Assembly (NCBI GenBank): GCA_965206695.1
Contig: CBDBKM010000008.1
Coordinates: 1-64,000, forward strand
Direction: 5' to 3'
DNA length: 64,000 bases
From: Chlamydiales bacterium
GTDB taxonomy: Bacteria > Chlamydiota > Chlamydiia > Chlamydiales > JAAZZY01
Shown here: positions 51,943 through 63,014 of the stretch, one piece after another
How the letters are laid out: each line of letters starts with the position of its first letter
How positions within the stretch are numbered: the stretch's first letter is position 1
Notes under the pieces: generated by a model
Seen by the model: the letters and a program-made list of their open reading frames with translations, nothing else
Told to the model about the DNA's origin: nothing
Databases searched by the model: none
Translations under genes and position numbers: made by a program

Positions 51943-53046
51943 CTAGAATGAGTGCTTTATCGAGCTCGTCCGGACTTTCTCAATAAATGTATCCCAGTGT
52001 GCAAGACCATCGATAATTTGCATTTCAATTTTCAAATAGAGAATTGGCAAAACATTTGTAATAATATTAGATAATTTAACTATGTCTTTTTCTGTGCAAA
52101 TCAAATATGTTGCACCTTTACTCTTTGCAAGCAAAGCTAAGGCATCTATTTCTTTTTTTGAAATAGATGCATGATCGGATAAAAAATTCGTAGCTACGAC
52201 CTCTAAATTAAGTCCTTCAATTCCTTTTTTAAAATATTCCGGCTTGGCAATACCACAAAAAATAGCTACCTTCGTATTCTTTTCCAGATTTACTATCTGA
52301 TCTTGCCGGTTTAAAAGAGTATGTGGCTTAGGAACCATACACACAATAGGGCTTGTTGAATATTTTGCTATTTCTCTTTTTAAAGCCGGAATTTGAAAAA
52401 GGTTATATACATGATTAATACAGATTAAATGAGCTCGTGATAAAGCTTTTGGATGTTCTCTTAAAAATCCTCTTGGAAGGAAAAATTTTTGTCCAAAAAG
52501 ATCTTGAGCATCCATGACAACCAGTTCATAATCTCTTTGCAATCTACGATGTTGCATTCCATCATCGAGTAAAAGATATTTCGCACCCATTTTTTGCGCT
52601 TTTTTAGCTGTTATTTGACGATCTTTTCCAACTAAAAAAAGAGCTGTTGGAATATTCCTGGAAATAAGAAAAGGTTCATCTCCACAAATATCGGGTCCTA
52701 CAATAGGGCCCTTACCTTTAGATAAGACTAAAATACCTTGCTCTCGTTCTATTTGAGATTGATAACCTCTGGATAAAATCGCCAAAGGGGTCTTTTTTTC
52801 AAAAGCCTTAGCTAATTTTAATGTTATTGGCGTCTTACCTGTACCCCCGGCCACCAGATTACCAACACTAATCACTTTCCCGTCAAATGTATAAGTTTTA
52901 ATAAGGCGCTTGTCATAAAGAACATTACGAAAAAATACGATTAACCTATATATCAAGCTGATACCAAATAATAACCGGAGGATAAGAGAAGAAAAAAACG
53001 TTTTCTTCTCTTTTCTAATAATTTTTAAAAAATAAGAAATATTCAC
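51943..53046 (-). CDS. lpxK: Tetraacyldisaccharide 4'-kinase
   Basis: SVGNLVAGGTGKTP, SRGY, GDEP, LDDGMQH, TEKD.VK. Confidence 0.96.
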   Translation of the reverse strand: MNISYFLKIIRKEKKTFFSSLILRLLFGISLIYRLIVFFRNVLYDKRLIKTYTFDGKVISVGNLVAGGTGKTPITLKLAKAFEKKTPLAILSRGYQSQIEREQGILVLSKGKGPIVGPDICGDEPFLISRNIPTALFLVGKDRQITAKKAQKMGAKYLLLDDGMQHRRLQRDYELVVMDAQDLFGQKFFLPRGFLREHPKALSRAHLICINHVYNLFQIPALKREIAKYSTSPIVCMVPKPHTLLNRQDQIVNLEKNTKVAIFCGIAKPEYFKKGIEGLNLEVVATNFLSDHASISKKEIDALALLAKSKGATYLICTEKDIVKLSNIITNVLPILYLKIEMQIIDGLAHWDTFIEKVRTSSIKHSF

Positions 53047-53666
53047 GTCATTTTTAGATGCATCCCCAAAGAACGAGGATACGCACTACCTTCACTATAA
53101 AATAATTGTTTCTCTACCATCTCTATCAGAATATGGATAGCTGTCATATGTGCTTCTTGAATACGATCGGAAGTCGTAAAGGTTTCAATGAGGAGTTCAA
53201 GATCAGCAACCCCATTTAATTGGCCGCCTCCTTTTCCTAAAAATGCAATCGTTTTTAACTTCATTTGTTTAGCCACTTCAAATGCCTTAATAATATTTGG
53301 TGAGTTCCCACTGGTCGTTAAACCAACAAATATATCACCTGCTTGGCCATAAGCTGCAACCCCTCTTGCAAACACCCATTCAAATCCCATATCATTACCG
53401 GTACAAGTAATAAAACCGGGTTCGGAGAGTGGAATAGCCGGAAGAGCAGCTCTTGGTTTTCTAAATTGCCCTGTTAATTCTTCTGCAAAATGATTGGCAT
53501 CGCAAAGGCTACCACCATTACCCGCTATGATAAGCTTCTTACCTTGCCTATAACAGGTCGCTATCATTTCAGCAGCCTGAGAAATAAACGCCAAGGATTT
53601 AGGTTCCTTTAATTGCTGAATTACCTGAATGCTATCTTCTATTGCATTTGAAATATCCGTTTCCAT
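53043..53666 (-). CDS. gmhA: Phosphoheptose isomerase
   Basis: GNGGS.CDA.HFAEEL, TTSGNS.N, RIQEAH. Confidence 0.95.
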   Translation of the reverse strand: METDISNAIEDSIQVIQQLKEPKSLAFISQAAEMIATCYRQGKKLIIAGNGGSLCDANHFAEELTGQFRKPRAALPAIPLSEPGFITCTGNDMGFEWVFARGVAAYGQAGDIFVGLTTSGNSPNIIKAFEVAKQMKLKTIAFLGKGGGQLNGVADLELLIETFTTSDRIQEAHMTAIHILIEMVEKQLFYSEGSAYPRSLGMHLKMT

Positions 53667-53913
53667 AACCCTTTTCTCTTTAATCTCAATTGAGAGACGA
53701 ATTCTAATCAAATTAACATATCCGGCTTTTAAAATCGCTTTAAATTCTTTGTTAAACAGCTAAATTTGTGGACAAGAATTCACAAAAATCAAACACTCTA
53801 TCTTATTAAGATAATTTAGAAAATATTAAGTAAAAGATTTTATTTATTTTTCTTGCGATTTGGGTAATTTTATAAAAAATTTATTTAAATAATTTCATAT
53901 AATTTAAAATGGT

Positions 53914-54507
53914 ATGAATTTCACTCTTCAATTAAAGGCCAAAGCCCCCGATTTCTCATTAAAAGGAACGGACAATCAAGTATACTCTCTGTCTGATTTT
54001 ACAAAAAAAGATGCTTTAGTCGTTTTCTTTACTTGTAACCATTGCCCTTATGTTAAAAATTCGGATGAATATACGAGAAAAATAGCAGACCAATTTATAC
54101 CTCAAAACATTGGATTTATAGGCATTAATTCCAATAGCTCTAATACAAAAGAAGAAGACTCTTTCGATCATATGGTTACTAGAATGAAAAAATTGTCCTT
54201 CCCATGGATTTATCTGCATGATTCCACCCAAAAAACCGCTACCGATTATGGAGCTCTTAGAACACCACATTTTTTTCTGTTTGATAAAGACCGCTCTTTG
54301 ATCTATACTGGACGAGGATTTGATAATCCTCTTCACACTGATCAAGCAACCACTCATGAGTTACTTGATGCTTTAGAAGAATTTTTAGCGGGCAAATCTA
54401 TTTCATACCCTATAACCAATCCCATTGGGTGTAATATTAAATGGGAAGGTAAACCTAAATATTGGATGCCTGAAGAAGCATGCGATCTCATCCCTAAACG
54501 TAGTTAA
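53914..54507 (+). CDS. Thioredoxin-fold AhpC/TSA-family protein
   Basis: APDFSL, CNHCPYV, GA.RTP.FF, GCNIKW. Confidence 0.9.
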   Translation: MNFTLQLKAKAPDFSLKGTDNQVYSLSDFTKKDALVVFFTCNHCPYVKNSDEYTRKIADQFIPQNIGFIGINSNSSNTKEEDSFDHMVTRMKKLSFPWIYLHDSTQKTATDYGALRTPHFFLFDKDRSLIYTGRGFDNPLHTDQATTHELLDALEEFLAGKSISYPITNPIGCNIKWEGKPKYWMPEEACDLIPKRS

Positions 54508-54512
54508 ATTTT

Positions 54513-55424
54513 ATGTCTATTCTATCTTCAAAAGCAAAAGTTGCCGTTGTTCCGGGAAATAGATTAGGAGACAGTTTATTATTCTCAGTTCTCACTTATA
54601 ATCTTAAAAAAAATGGCTATTACGCAACCACTTTTAGCAATATTTTATTACAAATGCAAAGTTGGTTTCCTAATACAAACCTTCACCCTCTTCCCGGAGT
54701 AGAAGAAGGTAAAAACACTTTTCAGCCATATGATCTAATCATACATCAACATCCCAATCATTTATCTAAACAACCCTCTTGCCCCCACCAAACAGTTGAA
54801 GTGTTGTATGGTACGCGATTTTATATGCAAAGAAAATCTTTAATCGATGTCTATATGGATGTTTGCCGGCAAACCCTCGAATTACCGCAATTGGATCGTT
54901 CTAACGGTATAGTAATTCCTAAAAATTTAACTTTCCGTAAGGTTAATAAACGCATTATTTTACATCCGACAAGCCTTCGAAAGGAAAAAAATTGGCCTGC
55001 AGAAAAATTTACTGCCCTCGCTAAATCTCTAAAAGACATGGGTTACCAACCTATTTTTATCGTAAGTCCTGAGGAAAAACCTAGTTGGAATTGGTTGATA
55101 GATCAAGGTTTTGAATTATCGATCTTTGCTTCTTTATCAGATCTGGCAGCGTTTATTTATGAATCCGGCTATATGATCGGTAATGATTCCGGTATTGCTC
55201 ATTTAGCGTCTAATGTAGGCATCCCCACTGTTTCATTATTTATTCGCCCCGGCGTTGCAAGGCGCTGGAGGCCTAATTTCTATGCCGGTAAAGTTATACT
55301 TCCGGGGCTTCATCTTCCGGGTCGAAAGCTTAAAGAACGCTATTGGAAACGTCTGGTAAGCGTTTCTAAAGTTCTTACGAATTTTAAAAGACTTGTTAAG
55401 GAAACCGAAAAACTTAGCGGTTAA
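54513..55424 (+). CDS. GT9-family glycosyltransferase (heptosyltransferase-like)
   Basis: LGDSL, HP....KNWP, IGNDSG.AHLA...G.PT. Confidence 0.88.
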   Translation: MSILSSKAKVAVVPGNRLGDSLLFSVLTYNLKKNGYYATTFSNILLQMQSWFPNTNLHPLPGVEEGKNTFQPYDLIIHQHPNHLSKQPSCPHQTVEVLYGTRFYMQRKSLIDVYMDVCRQTLELPQLDRSNGIVIPKNLTFRKVNKRIILHPTSLRKEKNWPAEKFTALAKSLKDMGYQPIFIVSPEEKPSWNWLIDQGFELSIFASLSDLAAFIYESGYMIGNDSGIAHLASNVGIPTVSLFIRPGVARRWRPNFYAGKVILPGLHLPGRKLKERYWKRLVSVSKVLTNFKRLVKETEKLSG

Positions 55425-57027
55425 TTTTTATATCAGAAAATGATATTGAACCTGTTTCAATTTCCATTGGATCCTTCAGCACAGGATGCACAAACGACAT
55501 CTTATAATGTTGAAGAGCCACATGATTATATGGGTTAAAAGTTAAAGAACTTCCATATTTACTATCCCCTACAAGTGGACAACCAATTGCCGCTAATTGC
55601 GCTCGAATTTGATGATACCGCCCGGTTACTAATTCAAGCTCTAATAAGATCAAACCATCTCTCTTATCAATAATTTTATAATACAATCAAGCTTCTTTAG
55701 CCCCTTCTTTTTTTTGATGACTAACGGAGCTCTTATATGCCTTTTTCGTTAAATAATGTTTTAATAATCCCTCCTTTTTATCAATAAACCCGCTTACAAC
55801 AGTACGATAATATTTATTTATTAAACGCATCCGCATGGATTGATTTAATCTAGTTAACGCTTTACTCGTTCTTGCAAATAGAACCGGACCCCCGACCTGC
55901 TTATCTAAACGATGGATAGGCGTAAGAAAAATATTTCCCTTTTTATTAAAATGTTTTTTTAGCCATTTTTTACATTGATTGTCTAATGAGTCCGATTGGC
56001 AATCATCCTCTTGAGTCAATAACCCTGCCGGCTTATTAACAATAAGAAGGTGATTATAGTATTTTAATTTTTATTTGATAATATGTTATCCTTTTTTTTT
56101 TATACAAACAGTAAGGACAAAACAATGCCTAGAGCCTATTCAGTAGATCTTCGAGAGAAAGTATGACAACATATAGAAAAACATCATGATAAAAAAACAG
56201 CCGGCCATATTTTTCAAGTAGGTATCGCAACAATATATCGATGGATCTTGCAAAAAAAGCAAAAAGGACATTTAAAGCCAATCCGCAGAAAATATGCTTA
56301 TAAGAAATTAGATGATGAGTTGTTATCTAAATATGTAGAAAAACATCCGGATTATTTTTTATCGGAAATTGCTGATTATTTTTCAGTCACTCCGCAAACG
56401 ATTTTTTATGCTCTTAAAAGATTAAAAATTACACGAAAAAAAAAACTACTCGCTATAAGGAAAGAGATGAAAAGCAACGGGAAGCTTTTATGAAAGATTT
56501 AAAAAATATTCCCTTTGACAAGAGAATTTATCTCGATGAAACCGGGATTCATCAATTTTTATTTCGTGAGTCCGGAAGAAGCTTACGCGGCAAAAGAGTT
56601 TTTGGAGCGGTTTCAGGAAACCGCTTTATAAGGCAAAATATTATTTCAGCCCTATCTAAAGGGCAGTTTTTATCTCCAATGTGTTTTGAAGGTACTTGTA
56701 ATACCGGGTTATTCAATATTTGGCTTAAGGAAGTTTTGACTCCTCAGCTTACACCCGGTAGTGTTCTTATTCTTGACAATGCCGGTTTTCACAAGTCAGC
56801 GGAAAGCAGGAAAACAGTAGAATCTGCCGGTTGTAAGCTTATGTTTCTTCCTCCCTATTCTCCGGACTTAAATCCTATAGAAAAATATTGGGCTAATATG
56901 AAAAATAAAGTTAGAGAGATATTACGAAAAGTTACGAATTTTAAATTCGCCATTGATCAAGCAATCTTATCAATGTAAAATTAAATGACTATAGGTGATT
57001 ATCTAGAAAAAGGACCTTAGGATGCAC
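55414..57027 (-). pseudogene. RluA-family pseudouridine synthase disrupted by IS630 and an in-frame TGA (55687-55689)
   Basis: GTG at 57027: HPKVLFLDNHL | NHLLIVNKPAGLLTQ, HRLD, TGRYHQIR, GDSKYG. Confidence 0.9.
56057..56991 (+). mobile_element. IS630 type A, copy 4 (935 bp); nonsense change in orfA at 56164-56166
   Basis: Near-identical to copies 2 and 3; TTA>TGA in KVLQH. Confidence 0.95.
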
Positions 57028-57841
57028 TTCTTTGCCTTAAAACTTCATAAATCATAAGAGTCGTAGCCGTAGCTACATTTAAAGAGTCAGCTATTCCATG
57101 CATCGGTATTTTGACTTGTACGCCGGCTTCATCAAACCACAAGCTTGATAAGCCGTATTGTTCAGCTCCTACTAAAATAGCTAGAGGCATTGTTAAATCA
57201 ACTTCTGTAAATTGCATTTTGGCACCGGGAGTCGCTGATACGATTGCAATATTGTTTTCTTTTAGAAAACCTAATGTCTGTTGATTACTAGCCTCTATAA
57301 TAGGCTGGGTAAATAGAGTACCAATACTTGCTCTGACAACATTCGGGTTATGAATATCCGTTACAGGATCTGTTACAATAATGCCGTCTACTTTAGCCGC
57401 ATCACAAGAACGAATGATCGTTCCTAAATTACCGGGCTTTTCGATAGCTTCGGCTATAACAAAAAAAGGAGCTTGTTTTTTTTCAATAATCGGCTTTAAA
57501 ATATCGAGTTTTGTATCCATATGCGGAGCAATACCTAAAAGGCCATCCGGACGATCTCTATATGAGATTTTTTTAAAAATTTGAGGTGAGCAGTAAAAAA
57601 TCTGCGCTCCCTTTTCTTGAATCGAAGCGATCAAACTCTCTTCATTTTCACCTAAAAATAAATCCTTACAAACAAACAGGCTGTCTATTAAACAAGTGCC
57701 TTTATTAGCATGCAATAATTCTCGATACCCTTCGATAATGAAACGTTTTGCAACATTACGATCACGCCTATTTCGCAATTTGATAACTTGCTTAATGCGT
57801 TGATTTTGAAAACTGTTAATTTCAATTACAGATTTATACAT
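57017..57841 (-). CDS. TrmH/SpoU-family RNA methyltransferase
   Basis: EKPGNLGTI.R, VVRASIG, GAEQYGL, IPM.G.ADSLNVA. Confidence 0.93.
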   Translation of the reverse strand: MYKSVIEINSFQNQRIKQVIKLRNRRDRNVAKRFIIEGYRELLHANKGTCLIDSLFVCKDLFLGENEESLIASIQEKGAQIFYCSPQIFKKISYRDRPDGLLGIAPHMDTKLDILKPIIEKKQAPFFVIAEAIEKPGNLGTIIRSCDAAKVDGIIVTDPVTDIHNPNVVRASIGTLFTQPIIEASNQQTLGFLKENNIAIVSATPGAKMQFTEVDLTMPLAILVGAEQYGLSSLWFDEAGVQVKIPMHGIADSLNVATATTLMIYEVLRQRSAS

Positions 57842-58664
57842 ACCACTTTATGTAACTACCGCAGGGTAGAGGGTTTTGATTTTTATCTTTTAATACTATT
57901 TCACCCGGCTTTAAATTCCCGTTATCAAATATCTGTTTCGATAAAGATTGTAATATGAGAGGTGTATATTCCGGTGTATGACAAGTCATTAAAATAAAGA
58001 TAGGATCGTCAGACAAAACTTGCTTACATAGATTTAAAAGAGGACTCAAATCATTCTCTATTTTAAATACCTGTCCCTTATTTCCTCTTCCAAAAGAAGG
58101 AGGATCTAATATAATAGCATCATAAAAGCTCTTCCGCTTGATCTCTTTTTTTAAAAATTGCATGACATCATCCACAATCCACCGAATAGGGGCATGATCT
58201 AAACGATTTAATTTAGCATTTTCCTTAGCCCACTCAACAATACCTTTAGACGCGTCTACATGGCAAACATAAGTGTTTGTTGCTGCTATTGCTAAAGTAG
58301 CTCCTCCGGTATAAGCAAAAAGATTCAATACTCTAACTTGTTTATCTTTCCTCTTTTCTATCTCCTGTTTCATCCAAGGCCAAAATAGGCCATGTTCAGC
58401 AAATAAACCGATATGCCCGAAATCTGTGGCTTGAATTTTAAAGATCAAGTCCCGGTGCTTGATCTCCCATTCATTTGGTAAGTGAGATCTGAATTTCCAT
58501 TGATTTTTCAACTCTCTTGTAAACTCAGCCGAAGCCTTTAACCAAGCATCTTCAGGCAAGGTGGGTTTCCAAATAGCTTGAGCACAAGGACGTATGATTA
58601 AATAAGGACCTACTTGTTCCAGCTTTTTCCCTAAACCGGTGTCTATTAAATGATAATCCAACAT
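57834..58664 (-). CDS. Class I SAM-dependent methyltransferase (RlmI/K-like)
   Basis: FGHIGLF.E, VLNLFAYTG, HVDAS, ILDPPSF. Confidence 0.9.
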   Translation of the reverse strand: MLDYHLIDTGLGKKLEQVGPYLIIRPCAQAIWKPTLPEDAWLKASAEFTRELKNQWKFRSHLPNEWEIKHRDLIFKIQATDFGHIGLFAEHGLFWPWMKQEIEKRKDKQVRVLNLFAYTGGATLAIAATNTYVCHVDASKGIVEWAKENAKLNRLDHAPIRWIVDDVMQFLKKEIKRKSFYDAIILDPPSFGRGNKGQVFKIENDLSPLLNLCKQVLSDDPIFILMTCHTPEYTPLILQSLSKQIFDNGNLKPGEIVLKDKNQNPLPCGSYIKWYV

Positions 58665-59098
58665 TTTTGATCCAACTCTTATTTAAAAACATCAATTATA
58701 TAACAACCGGTTATTAAAGAAAAGAAAGCTTCATACTTATGATAATATTCATAGTTTACAAATAACTGTAATTTAGTGTATTATACAGTAATTAAATTCA
58801 AACAACCACTTTATTAAACCATTAGTTTTTATTAAAATTTTTAATACAGAACTATAAAATAAAGAGCTTACATTCTTTATAAAATCTCTGAGAAAATTTT
58901 TATTAGTCTTAGCCTCTGCTTATAGCGACGCCGGACTTTGTACTTCAATTGTCGGAGTAAGAAGGTAAAGATGATTGGTTAACCGCCAAATTAAAAAAAG
59001 AAAGTGATCTAAAGAAAGATTACTCCCTCTTAGTTAAATATGATAATGGTAAAGAAAATAGTAATTTACCCATTTAACTTTCTATATATTACAGAATA

Positions 59099-59135
59099 AA
59101 AACAGCCGATGGGAATTTACCCTATCGGCTTTTTT
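59099..59135. terminator. Rho-independent terminator after dnaK, possibly bidirectional
   Basis: AGCCGAT...ATCGGCT stem with A- and T-tracts on both sides. Confidence 0.8.
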
Positions 59136-59153
59136 ATTACTTAATTGATTACA

Positions 59154-61097
59154 TTACTTCTTTTTGTTGTCTTCGTTATCAACGATTTCAACCTCAGCAT
59201 CTTCTATATTCTCATCATTAGAACCTGCAGCTTTTGGTTGATCTCTTGATTGAGCAGTATCAACAGGGTTAGCTTGAGGATTTGCTCCTGCTGCCTGTTG
59301 CATCGCTTCTCCGATTTTTTGCATACATTGACTCAGCTCTTCTTGAGAAGATTTAATAGCTGAAATATCTCCTCCTTTTAAAGCCGTTTTTAATTGATCG
59401 ATTTTACCTTGAATCTCCGTTGCAATCTCTTGAGGAACTTTATCCTTATATTCAGCTAAAGCTTTTTCAGCTCTAAATACCGTTGCATCAGCTTCATTCT
59501 TAACTTCGATTTCTTCTTTATATTTTTTATCTTCTTCAGCATAAAGCTCGGCATCCTTGACCATTTTCTCTATTTCGTTTTCATCTAATCCGGATTTTGC
59601 TTCGATACGAATCTTTTGTTCCTTGCCCGACTGGATATCTTTAGCAGAAACATGGAGAATCCCATCAGCATCAATATCGAAAGCCACCTCAATTTGAGGC
59701 AATCCCCTTGGCGCAGGTGGTATCTCAGTTAAATCAAATCGACCAACCTCTTTATTATCATTAGCCATTTTGCGCTCTCCTTGCAAAACTCTAATAGTAA
59801 CAGCAGGTTGATTATCGGCAGCTGTCGAGAACACTTGCTTCTTTTGAGTAGGAATCGTTGTATTACGCTCCACTAAAGGAGTAAAAACACCACCTAAAGT
59901 CTCAATCCCTAAGGTAAGAGGTATCACATCTAATAAAAGGACATCCTTAACCTCTCCACCTAAAACTCCTCCTTGAATAGCTGCCCCTAACGCAACCACT
60001 TCATCAGGATTAACTCCTTTATGGGGCTCTCTTTGGAAAAGCTCTTTTACAAGCGCTTGTACAGCAGGCATACGTGACATACCACCGACTAAAATAACCT
60101 CTCCGATATCGCCGGGGCTTAACCCTGCATCTTTTAAAGCCTTTAAGCAAGGTTCTTTAGTGCGCTGTATAAGATCAGCTGTTAACAGCTCTAACTTAGA
60201 TCGTGACAATGTCAAAGCTAAGTGTTTAGGACCGGTTGCATCCATTGTAATGAATGGCTGGTTTATTTCAGTATTCGGAACACCGGATAATTCGACTTTA
60301 GCTTTCTCTGCTGCATCTCGCAAACGTTGCAGCGCCATTTTATCCCGGCTTAAATCAATGCTGTTTTCTTTTTTAAATTCATCAATCATCCAATGAATGA
60401 TCGCATTATCAAAATCATCACCACCCAAATGAGTATCCCCATTAGTAGCTAATACTTCAAATACACCATCCCCTATCTCAAGAATAGAAATATCAAAAGT
60501 TCCTCCTCCAAGATCAAAGACAGCCACTTTTTTATCGCTTTGCTTTTCTAAGCCATAAGCTAAAGCTGCAGCCGTTGGCTCCGGAATAATTCTTTTAACT
60601 TCCAGACCTGCAATTTTACCGGCATCTTTAGTTGATTGTCTTTGTGAATCGTTAAAATAAGCAGGGACTGTAATCACTGCCTCAGTAACTTTCTCTCCAA
60701 GATAAGCCTCTGCCGTTTCTTTCATTTTTAATAAAATCTGAGCTCCCACCTCTTCCGGAGTAAGCTTTTCATTATTTACTTCGAATACAACATCACCATT
60801 ACTGTTTTTAGCAACGGTGTAGGGCACTGTCTTAATCTCACCTTGGACCTCATCATACTTTCTACCTATAAATCGCTTGGTAGAAGATAAGGTTCTTTCC
60901 GGATTAGTTACGGCTTGACGTTTGGCCGGTACTCCTACTAAACGTTCGCTTCCTTTATAGGAAACAACTGAAGGAGTTGTTCTGCCGCCTTCTGCGGAAG
61001 CAATGACTTTTGCAGAGCTACCTTCCATGATAGAAACACATGAATTAGTAGTTCCTAAGTCAATACCGATTATTTTACTCTTACGTTTTTCGGCCAT
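59154..61097 (-). CDS. dnaK: Chaperone DnaK
   Basis: [25 protein letters not shown]. Confidence 0.99.
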   Translation of the reverse strand: MAEKRKSKIIGIDLGTTNSCVSIMEGSSAKVIASAEGGRTTPSVVSYKGSERLVGVPAKRQAVTNPERTLSSTKRFIGRKYDEVQGEIKTVPYTVAKNSNGDVVFEVNNEKLTPEEVGAQILLKMKETAEAYLGEKVTEAVITVPAYFNDSQRQSTKDAGKIAGLEVKRIIPEPTAAALAYGLEKQSDKKVAVFDLGGGTFDISILEIGDGVFEVLATNGDTHLGGDDFDNAIIHWMIDEFKKENSIDLSRDKMALQRLRDAAEKAKVELSGVPNTEINQPFITMDATGPKHLALTLSRSKLELLTADLIQRTKEPCLKALKDAGLSPGDIGEVILVGGMSRMPAVQALVKELFQREPHKGVNPDEVVALGAAIQGGVLGGEVKDVLLLDVIPLTLGIETLGGVFTPLVERNTTIPTQKKQVFSTAADNQPAVTIRVLQGERKMANDNKEVGRFDLTEIPPAPRGLPQIEVAFDIDADGILHVSAKDIQSGKEQKIRIEAKSGLDENEIEKMVKDAELYAEEDKKYKEEIEVKNEADATVFRAEKALAEYKDKVPQEIATEIQGKIDQLKTALKGGDISAIKSSQEELSQCMQKIGEAMQQAAGANPQANPVDTAQSRDQPKAAGSNDENIEDAEVEIVDNEDNKKK

Positions 61098-61115
61098 GAT
61101 ACATTCCTTTAAATT

Positions 61116-61763
61116 TTAATTAATGGTTTCTTTTGTTTCTTTATTCACTATTTCTTCTTCCCCACTAGATTCCTTATTGGACTGAGAAGGGGATTTAGTA
61201 ACTTTCACTCTTGCCGGGCGAATCGTACGATCGCCCATTTGGTATCCTCTTACAAATTCTTTCACAATAATACCCGGTGGATTTTCATCCGTTTCAACTG
61301 ATTCAACAGCTTCATGAAAATGCGGGTCAAATAATTTCCCTTCTGATTCCATTGCCTTAACGCCGTTTTGGCTTAAAACATCTTTAAACTGAGTCAGAAT
61401 CATTTCAAAACCTTTTGCCCAATTCTTGACTTCTTCGCTCATATTCTGACTAAAACCAACTGCATTTTCAAAGTGATCCAAGGGATACAAAAATTCAACG
61501 ATGATACTTTCTCTTGCATGCTTGAAAATATCCTGTCTCTCATTTTGCAATCTTTTTCGAGCATTTTCCGAATCGGCCAGCGTCCTTAGATACTTATCTT
61601 TAAAATCTTTAGCTTCCTGCTTTAGATGATCTAATTCTTTTTTAGAGACCTGCACCATGAGCTCTTGCTCTTTACCTTCTTCTACTATCGTAGACTTGGG
61701 ATCCTTCTGTTGATCCTGAGCTGCATCTGTTTCCTGTCGTTTGTTTATCTTCTTTTTAGACAT
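61116..61763 (-). CDS. grpE: Nucleotide exchange factor GrpE
   Basis: LAD.EN.RKR, FDP..HEA, GY....R.IRPA.V.V. Confidence 0.96.
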   Translation of the reverse strand: MSKKKINKRQETDAAQDQQKDPKSTIVEEGKEQELMVQVSKKELDHLKQEAKDFKDKYLRTLADSENARKRLQNERQDIFKHARESIIVEFLYPLDHFENAVGFSQNMSEEVKNWAKGFEMILTQFKDVLSQNGVKAMESEGKLFDPHFHEAVESVETDENPPGIIVKEFVRGYQMGDRTIRPARVKVTKSPSQSNKESSGEEEIVNKETKETIN

Positions 61764-61781
61764 GGTCTTGCCTCTCCTAAA

Positions 61782-62939
61782 TTATTGACTATTATCTTCA
61801 AGTAACACTCTCTTCGTATCATCCCGTAAAAGGTTTTGTGCTTGGGCAATTGACAAAACATCACTTTCAGGATTACGAAAATCAATTTTATATCTCATAA
61901 TATTCCTTGTCAGAGTTTTACTAACATAATCAGAAAAGACTCTTAAAACTCCAAATAAGGAACGATAAGGCATACGCATCGGGCCTAAAACACCCACGGC
62001 ACCTACTTCTTTTCCTCCAATATAATAAGGAATAGTGACAACACTACAACTCGAAGTCTGAGGTGAATAACTCATAATTTCATCTCCAATCCAATACTTT
62101 AGTATCTTCTGAGAACAACTATCGCGTAATAAGACGCGCATATTATTAGTGTTTTCAAAAAGAGCTAAGCTATTAGCAAAAGCTTCCGGGGTGCTGAGAT
62201 CCGGACAGCTTAATAAACGTGATAAACCGGTTGTATAAATATCTTCATTGCTAAAGTTGGTATAACCAACAATATAGCGAACCATTATCTCATTATAAAT
62301 CTTTTGAGCTAATTGGTCTTCTTTTTCATCCAAATTAGAAGGTTTAGCTCCCCCGTTAAGCCTCCAGCAAATATAATCTTCTACTCGCTTCAAAGCAAAA
62401 GCCTTTAAGGGATGGTTAATATAAAGTACTTCTGTGTAAATCAGCCCAAAGTCCGTAATTAAAATACAAAGACACCGGCTTGAGTCAATGGATATTAGTT
62501 TCATATTAAGGATAAAATCATGGTCAAATCGTGGGGTAGATAAAAAAACAGCATAGCCCGTAACATCACTTAATAGCTCGATCGCTTTTTGAAGATAACC
62601 GACTACTTCATGTGTCTCGTCTTCGCATAAGCTCTTTAATCGTTTTTCTTGCTGTTCCTCAATGACACCCTGATCAACATACGTATCGGCATAGACCTGA
62701 TAAGCTCGTTCCGTGGGGCTACGGCCTCCGGAAGAGTGGTGTTGGGTTAAGTAGCCTTCTTGTTCTAATTTAACAAAATAATTACGAATGGTAGCTGAGC
62801 TTATATCGCTGAACTCATTCTTTCTTAATGTGTTAGATCCGACCGGTTTCCCTGATTTAAGATATAGATCCACAACGCCTATTAGAATTCTGCGTTCCTT
62901 TTCTTTTTTATCTAATCTTTTACCCGTTATTGTTTTCAC
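61782..62939 (-). CDS. hrcA: Heat-inducible repressor HrcA
   Basis: PVGS, SSATIRN, H.SGGR.PT, GVLGP.RM.Y. Confidence 0.96.
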   Translation of the reverse strand: MKTITGKRLDKKEKERRILIGVVDLYLKSGKPVGSNTLRKNEFSDISSATIRNYFVKLEQEGYLTQHHSSGGRSPTERAYQVYADTYVDQGVIEEQQEKRLKSLCEDETHEVVGYLQKAIELLSDVTGYAVFLSTPRFDHDFILNMKLISIDSSRCLCILITDFGLIYTEVLYINHPLKAFALKRVEDYICWRLNGGAKPSNLDEKEDQLAQKIYNEIMVRYIVGYTNFSNEDIYTTGLSRLLSCPDLSTPEAFANSLALFENTNNMRVLLRDSCSQKILKYWIGDEIMSYSPQTSSCSVVTIPYYIGGKEVGAVGVLGPMRMPYRSLFGVLRVFSDYVSKTLTRNIMRYKIDFRNPESDVLSIAQAQNLLRDDTKRVLLEDNSQ

Positions 62940-62979
62940 AGTAGCATGTACCTTCTACATTGGCTAATTTCTATCCTAC

Positions 62980-63009
62980 ATTGTAACATCTCTCTTTATT
63001 TTAAGTCAA
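62980..63009 (-). promoter_or_regulatory. Sigma66/70-type promoter of hrcA-grpE-dnaK
   Basis: TTGACT-N18-TACAAT with TGn extension. Confidence 0.65.
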
Positions 63010-63014
63010 TTTTC

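Noticed and set aside
55687..55689. In-frame TGA in rluA as recoding (Sec/Trp)
   Set aside because: The gene is already IS-disrupted and TGA is a normal stop elsewhere in the window.
58680..59100. tRNA or ncRNA in the long intergenic region (also 20950-21350)
   Set aside because: No cloverleaf or T-loop motif or recognisable structure; AT-rich.
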